64,000 nucleotides of DNA from Ascidiella aspersa (lineage: Eukaryota), in assembly GCA_963924565.1 (NCBI GenBank), contig OZ004610.1, positions 12,896,001 through 12,960,000 of the forward strand, read 5' to 3'. The position numbers were made by a program, and so were the translations under genes. The notes beneath the pieces were generated by a model, which was not told the DNA's origin, ran no database searches, and saw only the letters and a program-made list of their open reading frames with translations. Shown here piece by piece: positions 35,401 through 45,520 of the stretch. The first letter of the stretch is position 1, and each line of letters opens with the position of its first letter.

Positions 35401-38400
35401 TGTTACTTGATCGACTGCACGTAGACTTGCAATTAGCTACAACAGAGAGTCTCCAATTGTCTGGGTCTACGTGTTGTACTTAACATTGATCCGCACGTAA
35501 ACACGCTATATACACATTAAACAGTGACCGAGCTAAAGACCATTGACTCATGTTCTCAAACCGTTCACAAGCGTAGTTTCGGTTAAAAATTAGCCAAAGT
35601 GTATAGATATTGGTGTTCTTTAATTCAAATCAAGCCAGTTTTTCTAGCGTAGAATTCCAACATTAAACTAAATTGCGCAATAGCCAACCAGACTTCTGTC
35701 AAACACAACTGCTCGCTTCTAGGCTAGCAAATAATATATACCAGCACCGGACTCCTTGAAACCTTCACGGCGCGAGCTGCAACGATATATGCGTGCAATT
35801 CATTAACCATCGACGGCGGCGGCCGCCAATTTTTTTCCCTGCCAGCATATCGACGTTTGCGTTTGTTTAACTTTGAGGGAGGTGGAATCGATCCAGGGAC
35901 AGCACAAGGACGAATCGACTTTCACAGAACCGACAGCGTCCTGGCCTTTACTATAAGTTGCTGCTGCTGCTGGTTTGTTCGGGAGGAGGCGGTCTTTGAC
36001 AGTCGTTAATTTCGTTGATCTCCTTGGCGAATGGATGCCTGTTCGATCGGTCTAGCTTTACGTTGAAAAAAAAAACGGTGCGCCATTTTTGTTCGGGTAA
36101 TCCTCCACACGTGGTGTTTAACGGACCACATGCGGCGTTTTTTATTGTTTGATGATAAAAAGGAATTATCAATTGCCGTGCTGTTTTGACAGAAACACTG
36201 AGGTGTTAATGTATCTTAAATTTGTCAACTACCTAAAACTAGCATTCAAATTCTCTTTGTAAAGCACTTAAAACTGTGGTTCGCTTTATTATAACAGTCG
36301 GTATTGGCAAAAAGAATTGACAGGTGATAGTTTCCCAAGCAAAGGAAGCAATAGCCAATCAGGTGCCAAATATTGATTACAGAGCAGGTGAAAATAATAA
36401 GGATCGGCAAATCGCGTATACATCACAAGACTGACTGACTGCAAGTACTTAACTTCTAACTAGATTTTTAAAAACACACCTAAATCACAATCGCCACCCT
36501 TGCGGTCAAATGATCAAGATAATGTGACACACAGACATAAATGCCCTAGAAGGCCACGCGCAGTTTGCCTTAATCCTAGCTCGGCCGCGTACCGTGGCGG
36601 CACCAAATAAGGCAGAGCTTTGCCAGGGCAGCAGCATCAGCATCTAATCTTTTTCGAATCGCCACGGAACGGATCGGCATCAAACAGGAAAGTCGCTGCA
36701 TCGGGTCAGAAAAAGCGAAAAGGCAACGGCGGCCTTTCGCAGCCCCGCGTGCAAAGCCAAAGGCAAAGAAAGACCGACGTTTCGTGACCATCCATCAAAC
36801 AGGGCCGTTGACGCTTCGTTTCACTGAGGTTAGTAGCACGGTTGCTGTCATACCGACACCTTATCGTCTGCCCGCCCTTATTTCGACTGATGCAGTACGA
36901 AACGTGACGCCTCGCCAGCCGCCCTTTTCCCTTTGACGCGCCAATGCGTAACTTATTAAAGACGCATTAGCCGAGTGTCAAACGCGCCAGACTTTAAAGA
37001 CAAATATTGATTGCCAGTGGCTTGTAGATTTAAGCTTATATACCAGGCCAGAGATCACTCCCTAACGGACACCGACCTTCTGTTGTCGCAATAGGTAACG
37101 TCGCGTGGGCGAATGGGAAGTCACCAAATAACAATTGAATGAGTTACACCGATGGGTATCGACTTACCGCGATTGGATTGGATTTGTCGCTAACAAGCGT
37201 GCCTCGTTATAGTCACAATGCTGCGTCCGATAATTGCTGCCCCGGTCGATCAACAAAACTCGAGTGGCGACGACAGGCTTTCGATTGTAGAAACGTTATA
37301 TGGACTCGCGTGTTGCGAAATCGCCATTTCTCTTAAGGTACACAGTGGTACGGCGATATACTGGTGGATTGTTTGCTTTTAAACGCTTCCGTTAGAACGA
37401 CGCGGGTTCGTATTTCAGGTAACCGAAAGTACAAGACAAGTCGCGTCCAAATTCATTAACATTTTTACAACTTCTGATACAATATAAAGACCCAAGTCTA
37501 TACGGGAGTATAAAACTTGGTAAACGCAAAATGACAAGCAGTATTTTGCCTACTTCAATATAACGTGTGTCACTAATTCTACATGACAGTAAAACTTAAA
37601 AACTCGATGCTTTAAAAGTTTACAAAAACGATATAGTGTTAATGCCACATTACTTCAGTCGACGCTATCTAAAAATTATCATTTTGCATATTGCCGTTGG
37701 CCTTTAGCACGTGAAATTGTTGTTTTTCTTACTCTTTCCCGCTTTTGCATCTATTTACCCATCGTAATTGCCAGTTAGTCAAACTAGGTTTTCCCTCGAC
37801 ATATTGACAAAAGATAAGAACTTTCCTCTACTACTAGGCAGGTTGCACGAGTATACACACCCGCACACACACACACACGCACACGCACAAACACATACGC
37901 GCGTATGTTACCTGATTCCAAGCCGCCATATTTGCTGGCGTAGTTGGCCGCCAGTGCCGCGTCCGAATCACAGCCTTCATGTTTTGCGTGCAAAGCGATG
38001 CCTTTTCCCGGTGGCGACTTTTTCGGTGAATCCACTCTCAACGAGGCTGCTGACGCTGCTGGTAAGTTTGACCGGCCAGAAATCACGGTCACCGTCTCGG
38101 CGAACGACACGCTACGCTTTCCCGCCCCCGAAGTACCTCTGTATGTACTTTCCAGTAGGCATGACGTCATGGCGTTTACCAGTGTAATTCCACTCCGAGT
38201 CAAGGGCACTTGTGGCTTGGCGTTACAACGTCAACTCGGCGCTGAATGGCCCCGACAAGAGGTGTTTCTCCTTTCTTTTCGAAAGTCAAAAACAACCTTG
38301 TTCGCCTATGTCCAGCTATGTTTCCTTATACCTGAATATTGACGACAAATTCACGTTCAACTTGCGGCAAATCACAGCGTACACGCAGCCTTAAGCGGTG

Positions 38401-41400
38401 AACGGCAGTACAGCGGCCACATCAATTTAAAAGTTGACACTATAGTTCCTGAAACTGTAAAACGCCGCTTTAAAGTTAAACTAACTGAGCAAAGATTACA
38501 ATCACACATAATCAGTTGCATGCATGCATGCTGCACAACAGGTCTTCTCGCACAACAGCTCGAACTCCAAATTAGGATAATCGCTCAACAACTGCCAGGG
38601 GCTAACAGCAGAAAAAAGGGCGCCGCAAATGACGCCGTTGCGGCGAAATAGAAACAGTGGAGAGACATAATACGAGAAAAAAAGCGCTGGAAATCTGCGG
38701 CATCCTACAGCGTGCTGCTGGCAGGTCGAGAGACTGCCGTTGGCTTTTATTTGCTTTCGTCCCCGACAAATTAAACACGGCTCCAAAGGCGCGTTGCGGA
38801 AAGCTGGGAAAGCTCGCGCGGCGAAACAACACGTTGCAGTGACGTCACAAAGGCGATTTACCACACGCGCCGCTGTCTGTAGTGAGTCGTTCTCAGGAGC
38901 TTGGAAAATTATAAAACATTACCATGGCTTATTGCGCGCTAAACGCGACCTGAACACATTCCTCACACTAATACTTGAATGAAATATGCGATTTTAACCA
39001 CGGCAAGATTTCCTTTTAAAAATGCCACTATAAACAGTAGTATATGCACTTTACGATAACCTTTCTGTGACATAAAACTAGATTCGGGTGTAGGTACGAA
39101 AAAAGTGTGGTGAATAGACAATATAAATAGCGTGCAATACATGAAACCGTGAAGTATACCGTTTAACTAGCATCGGCGTTTTTCTACTTATTTTGATATT
39201 AGGTATTCACAACTGACCACGTTTATCATTCCACATTACAACGGCACAACAAATCTAGATGTTGCTTGGAGACGACCCCGACTTCCATTGTTTGGCATCT
39301 TGCCGAGAGGCACTTAAGAACGGGCTGATAGGTGTCCCACTCTATGGGAAGAGACCCATTCAAGTTAGAACTGTTCTAGATGCGTGAAGTCAAATCGCCG
39401 AATCTAGGCCGCTAATTGCCCGACGGCAATTCACTAATTGCCACTCGGTCGCGGCGTTTCCCAAGCGACGGGGTTCAAGTCCACGCAACAGGCGTTTCCG
39501 AGTGAAAACAGACCCCTTTCATGCCGAAAAATATCCAGGTTGCTATGCCACCTTTAAAACAGAAATGCATTCGCTGAAACCAACAGCATTATATTCACAT
39601 TACTTTTCACCAAAATTTTTTTCTAGCATTTCGCTAAAGAATATGATTTTTCGATTAAAGTAGTACTGGGCCAAAATAATGCTAACTGGTACTTTCGGCG
39701 GAAACTTGCTTGTTTCAGTTCCTCGCCTCAAAACTGTTGCCCTGGCTGCTGTGTCCCTATGTGTGTTTATCACATTTGACTTGGCGCTACTGCGTGAAAC
39801 AACCTGTCGTTTGCCTCTGTCGAGTTTATTTAGTAGGTGTAATCCTGTCCGTGCCGGATACGAGGGCTCTAAATAAGCATAACACCTTGTCGGGGCGATA
39901 GTGACAGAGACGAGACTGGGTTTGCTTGAACAAACAGACAAACGCGCCGGGTGTTTTTTCCTGCCATGCAATCGACCTGGCGAGTGTAATATCGGGTCTC
40001 GACAAGACCGATTTACGATTGAGGAAATCGCCTTTAAACGCCAAACGTTTGATATTCGATTTTTTCTTTCCGGCTGAGGAGTCTGCTTTGCTGTTTGTTG
40101 TTCTTGGATGCTGAACCTGACGACGCACGACCGCCTGTGAACGGCTTTTGTCTTATTTTTCTATACGCCCTGCTGAGGGACTTTTACCACCTAGGTAGAT
40201 CTTAGGATCGCTCTTCTCTGAACTTTGATAAAACTAACTTTGACGGATTTAACCATTGCAAGTTTCAATAAATCAAAGTTACGATGGCGCGCCCAATGTG
40301 CACTTTGCAGTACATAGCCAACATTATAGGATTAAACGTTCCTGCGAGTTATCACCGCTGATTAACATAAATTTACAGTTGAATAAATATTATTAATAAA
40401 TTGTTCAGCAGTAGACTAAATGGAGAATTTTTTTCAGCAGTAGACTAAATGGAGAAGAATCTAAGCTACAAAAGCTAAACAAGCCTCCAAGTATACTGTG
40501 TGCCTTCAGGAAGACAAGGCTTTCTAAAGCCATACAGTTTGGATCTAAGTTCGATATTCCAATACGGTAATAACTGCGCCAGCCAAATGTTCTTTCAAAG
40601 AGCTCGCTAAAAGGCAATCGATTTTTTTCGAAATCATTCGGCCAACCAAGTCGGTTGAAGCATATGTTTCACATTAGCCCAGGGCCTTCCGAAATCTCAA
40701 AGGCCGCCCCAAGGAAAGAAAATACCATTACACATTCACTTGAGCGAAACGGCCTGACACGTTAATTATAGCTTTCTCAGCGGTTGCCGAACACACCACT
40801 GTAGCGCAATAAAGTCGACTTCCAGAAGGGAACATGACTAATCTTGCCCGGCCAAGACGTCGACCCAGGCGTTATTAGGCACTTCTCGCACCTGTCAAAA
40901 CCAATATAGCGATTTCACTTTTCGCTACGTCTTCGACAATTCACACGTGACAGGTGGCACTTCAACTCGTTTTTCTCGTTCTCCCTCAATCTGTTGCGAG
41001 CTTATTTGCCTTGAAGCAAATCTGAATTTTCTGATAGTTGCACTTTAACAGTATTGTCTCATCCAGTTTTTTGACACATAACGCGTACTAACGGGATAGC
41101 CTTTCTTACAAAATACGATTTTAACTCGTTTGCAAGTCTGGCAATGTTGTCTGATAAACGGTACAAAACAACAACATAATCGATATTCAAGAGGTTGCCT
41201 GAAAGCAGATCGTGGCGAGAACTAAAGAGCACCCCCATATTGGCGAGCCTGCTGCCGGAATACAATCAAGCAAAGCGCAGAACGTGAAGTTCAACAGGGT
41301 TGGAGCAGACAAAAGCGAAAAAAAAAATAGTTCAGCACCGCCCCCTTGCCCGGTTAAATGCCCATCGACGAGGCTCAGTGGCAGCATGGCACCCGTTTGA

Positions 41401-43791
41401 ACACCTGTCAACTCTGCCGGAGTATCTCGCTCGCAAATCCGCCTCAAGCTTGTTCCCTCCCAACGAGGTTCGCTTGGCAAGTACTGTTGAAGCCCTCGAC
41501 GTGCGGCCAGATTACGTGGCCACTTCAACAGCGACCGGCTCCAATTTTCAGGCCAGCTTTTGGGCCAAACTTAACAACTATGAGTGCGTTACACAAGTTA
41601 AGCTTTTTCACTCGTTGCCTGTAAACCATTCTGCAGTGGTGCCACAAAACAAAATCCAGCTTGGAGAAAATATTAATGATTAACCAGTCTCTGCTACCTT
41701 TTTTGTGGATAATTTCCGACGGTAAACAACAACAATGGGAAAAAGCGAAACGCCTGCACTCTCTTTCACCTGTTTTGGCTGCATTTCTTTAAAATGACAA
41801 ACGCTGAGGTTAAATACTTGGTTTTCGTTGGGTGCACTTCTCCAAGAGCTAATTGTAAACACTAATTATTGGATTGAATGCAAGTTGTATACCTTAAGCT
41901 GAAAAGGTTGTTTGCATTGTAACCCTTTAAGCACACATTTTATTAAAAACTTATACGGTTTTTTATAAAATTGTCGATCTGCCAAGCTTGGTCTGATTGT
42001 GTTTATTTGAAAACAAGTTATCAGATCATTCTAAGTTTACTTATTTATTTATTAATTGCAGGTAAAAACTCGCTAGGCCTAATTGACCATTAGTTGTTGT
42101 TAAAATCATCAAGATTTTTTCGGAGGCAATGCCACTAAAAAGGTTAAAACCACTGGCTCAGTGCGCAATTTGCTCTTAAAGCGCAAAAGCAATCCCAACA
42201 TATCGTGGGTTAAGCGTGAGGAAAGCAATGGGAGGACCGAATGGGGTCCTGGCAGCCGTACACAGAAGGCGAGTTCGCCGACACCTTAATTGTTGTTGAC
42301 AAAATAGGTAAACGGAATCCGTTCAAGAGGCGCCCCGGGTCCTAATTTGGCCGAATAGTCATCCTCGGACAAACTGTAAGGTTGGTGCTTGATACCTATT
42401 AATGCTCGTATACGTGCTGAACCCAATATAAAATATTTTTAAATGTGCCTTCCTAACAACTCAATCAGTTTGCATTGGCGATCCAAAGGCCGCCGAGCCC
42501 ATTCTAGCAATATATTTTTAGAGGTATAGTTGAAACGTGCAGTGAAGGCTTTTGTGAAGGGACCATGTAAACAAACCATACAAGGGGCGGAAAAGATAAC
42601 ATAGCTGAAAAGGCTACCGGTCGCGTGTTAAAGTACTGATCAATGTATGCTGTCGTAAACGGTCGGTTATGAGTATTTGAAATGTTAAAAAGAAGGTGGT
42701 GAGCATTGCCCCATTATGTGGGAGTGAGACATATTTGTAACAAGCGAAAATCAAGGTAAAACCGTAAATGCTGGATTTAAATGACTACTGTGTCGGCAAA
42801 GAGAAGCACTTGTTTGGCCGCGTCGGACGCCACTTGAACTAAACGCGATGGATCGAATAATGAAGTGCAATCAAGGCTGCAGACACAACTTCCAAATCGC
42901 ACAGCACGCAGCTAATGGAATTTCCCATCAAATAATGGTGTACACGCGCCGTTAAATCGATAACGCAGACATACAAGGCGCAATTTGTAAGATTACCCCG
43001 AATCCCGAGGGTAATAACAGGCTCTCATCGGTCGTAAATCGAACCGGTGTGTTACAAAAACTGGGCGATGGACGGCGAAATCGAGGCGCAAAAGTTGATT
43101 GTATTGGTGTCTAGTCTTCCAAACACCTTGCTTTGTGGCGCACATACCACGACGTCTAATGGTTAAACTGGCGCGAACAAAGCGCACGGGGCCGGTGCGG
43201 GCCGTAAACACGACTTCAATGTGTCGAGAGACGGGTAATCAAGTGCGGCGATGAGGCCAAATCAAACTCGATACATCGCGATCGGCTTAGCGCACACAAA
43301 GGCACCGGTCGGGAAGAAAGCGACCGCGGGTCGAGTTGCTGACTACTGCCGATGTCTGCCACCGTTCACAGCGGCCGAATTCCTCGCCCGAAGAGCCACT
43401 CGCTGGACAGAGCGATCAAGTGACGCCAACACACTATTTACCGCAAAACAGGCGCTGCGCTTGGCCCGCCGAGTGCCCTCTATCTCGCGTTTACTCGAGT
43501 GGCGCGCAGCGCGTTTTTTTAATGACCGGCTTCGAGGCGAAATCCGTTGCCCGACGAGCAGTTTTCAGCCTGCCTTGTTCAGGCAACGACAATCCCCGGT
43601 TTCCTTTCCTATTCACAATGAAAGCCATTCAAACGTTCACACAAAGAACCGCAATTTCCCACTTTCCGAAGCCAAATGCAAAGGCAAACTGTGAAAACTA
43701 TAAATAAACAAAATAAAACGCTCTTACCTGTGGATAGGTACTCCTTCTGTTGGCACTTTGCTTCATTGTCGATGATAATAGAGTCTCCCAT
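17425..43791 (-). CDS. KAZN: Kazrin (periplakin-interacting protein; liprin-related coiled coil plus three SAM domains)
   Basis: Phase-consistent minus-strand exons: 43728-43791, 31923-32125, 31380-31548, 30714-30848, 30002-30138, 28464-28634, 27890-27989, 26834-27097, 22760-22862, 21403-21496, 20604-20722, 19852-20089, 19212-19314, 18498-18663, 17939-18041, 17425-17487. Kazrin-like segments: MVDNNKRLATHIDGTIQSANNEVNTLRVEL, EDKEEQLRDFIREF, SLSRAFKRGRNRKSLD, SAM1 WKADAVLVWL...ENIKSGKVLLGL...HRRKI, SAM2 LDHWWVSEQWLRDIGLTQY...IDGR, SAM3 VWNNTRLIQWAKSIDLKEY...SGVHGALMVLEP. The first and last exons are the least certain. Confidence 0.88.
18801..18858. repeat. (TAATTG)9 hexanucleotide microsatellite, probably inside a short decayed DNA element (about 18759-18890)
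   Basis: Nine perfect TAATTG units. The flanks TAGAGTTG...CAACTCTG form a short inverted repeat. Confidence 0.85.
19627..19850. repeat. Diverged tandem duplication, unit about 112 bp, in a kazrin intron
   Basis: AGGCCAGGT.CAA.CTTGAC...CTCATTTTATTCGTTAGGGC.ATA.CCA.GTG...ATGGTTACTTTTT.CGGTG.AAAC occurs twice in tandem. Confidence 0.75.
20145..20300. repeat. Diverged tandem repeat, unit about 73 bp, in a kazrin intron
   Basis: GTGGCGTTACCAGCAATT.GATCACC.TAATCTA occurs at 20161 and at 20234. Confidence 0.7.
31130..31355. repeat. Long inverted repeat / fold-back MITE-like element
   Basis: Arms 31167-31225 and 31266-31325 are near-perfect reverse complements (GTAATGAGAATATCAAAGCCCATACA...). They extend outward imperfectly to about 31130 and 31355. 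Confidence 0.85.
32370..32390 (-). CDS. KAZN: Candidate 21-nt kazrin microexon (phase 1-1, adds DSGKSRG)
   Basis: The minus strand reads ...gctgttgttttgctgtcgctgttcaacag|ATTCGGGCAAATCCCGCGGCG|gtaagt. The donor is perfect, and the exon preserves frame between phase-1 neighbours. Confidence 0.5.
37853..37900. repeat. Imperfect (CA)n/(CACG)n simple repeat
   Basis: atacacacccgcacacacacacacacgcacacgcacaaacacatacgc. Confidence 0.6.
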
Positions 43792-45520
43792 TTGGGTTCA
43801 ATTGCGTTCAGACTGAATACGCAAACAACACCGCAGCGAGGCAATTTCAGTCACATAATACGATAAACACTTTAAAATAACAGATGTTAAATTTTAGGGC
43901 TTTAAAAATTGAAATAATTTTGCAATTATTGTGCAAGATAACATAATTTATATCTCAAAGTGGTAAAATGTCATTAACACTTAGCAGCAGATCATACTGT
44001 ACGATTACCAAAATATTAATCCACACAATTAAGATGTTATACTGATAAAAACAATTAAACATTTTACTTTCAGAACAATAAGATATTTTACTAATAAGTT
44101 AATAAACAAAACAAAAACAATACTCTCAAATCCGGTCATTCCTACGCTGTGAGAAATATTAATTGACCCACTCTAGCAAAGCTATATATTACTGTCAGTT
44201 CTGGGCGAATTTCTTTAGAAGCCAAATTATAGAACATCCTCAACACAAGCGGTGCACAAAAGTCACTTTTGACTCTAAACGTCGGCGACAGTACTGTAAC
44301 TTTATCAGGGCAGACAGCTAAGTGTGAAGAAGTGCAACTTGCACGACAGTCAAGCGACAAAGCGTGTGCACTCAGGCACAGCGTGACGCGGATTCTAGCG
44401 ATCACCTGCTGACATCTACCGGTGTATGCCAGAATGGGAGACGTGAGCCAAGGAGACGCTGTTTTGGCAACTCACGTCCCGGTGCTAAACAGGAAAACTA
44501 GATTATAGATATTCCACCTAAAAACGAATTGCTAGTCATTTCATGGACTTTTTTTGAAAATCAGTAGTGTACAATGAAAACACGAAAGCATAGCGAATTT
44601 AATTCTTGATCTGTCGCATCAAACCCGTTTGATTGTTAATCAGTCACTTTTACGATAATACTATCGATGTATTTAGAATCGCTTCCAAAAACCCAAGCAC
44701 ACAACAGCATCAAAGTTACTATTCACCCTGCCCTTTATCTTTCGACTTCCATATAGCACTTCTCCGGTTTTACAACGCGATGCTATACTGAATAAAACGT
44801 TTGTGATAAATTGTACCATTGATCTATATACGATCAACGTCTCTCATTTGAAGTTACCAGTAATCAACTAAGGCGCCCCTTAAAGAATTACAGTTGTATG
44901 GAATATTATGATATTTTACTATGACGAAAGTCTTATTGGGATCTATTTGGCGCTTCACAAGGCTGTATTATTTTTGTCGCGGATTTTTAGTTTTTTATGC
45001 GGTATTTATATTTTGCTCCTAAATGCCCCAATTAAACTCAATACAAACATAAACAAGGTTTGACTGTTAGGCTGTCATTTTGTTTGCTTATCCTATTGAA
45101 TATGGCTAGAGGTTTATAACATTTTACATAGTTTTCTCAAATTTTCCACTATTCGAAACAGCTTTTGTTGGAAATATTTACGCTGAATGAGTCGCGCAAT
45201 ATTACATTTCACGTTGTGAGTGTATCTATTACACTTCACAAACTTTCCTCCGAATATGCTCTAACAAACGAACAAAGAAATAGATCTTAAATTACATTTC
45301 GTGGCTTTCGAAGTTTGTACAATACACAAAGGGTAGAATACCAGTTTCAACGTTGTTGTAATTACACTTGTTTGTGAAGTAGCCCAGGGCGAAACGTTTC
45401 AATTTTATTTAATTATATTTAACTTGAAATTATCTAGAAAAGATGGCGAATAAATTCTGGTCAGTTTGAAATACTATTTTCTTGGCAAAGCAAATAAGGA
45501 ACCTCGTTTCAGCGTCAGAA

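Noticed and set aside
39430-39490. B-box-like GGTTCAAGTCC suggesting a tRNA or SINE
   Set aside because: No convincing A-box or cloverleaf stems.
44436-44480. Short hairpin (GACGTGAG...CTCACGTC) between the divergent kazrin and TIR genes
   Set aside because: The stem is too short and bulged to call a structured RNA and could be chance.
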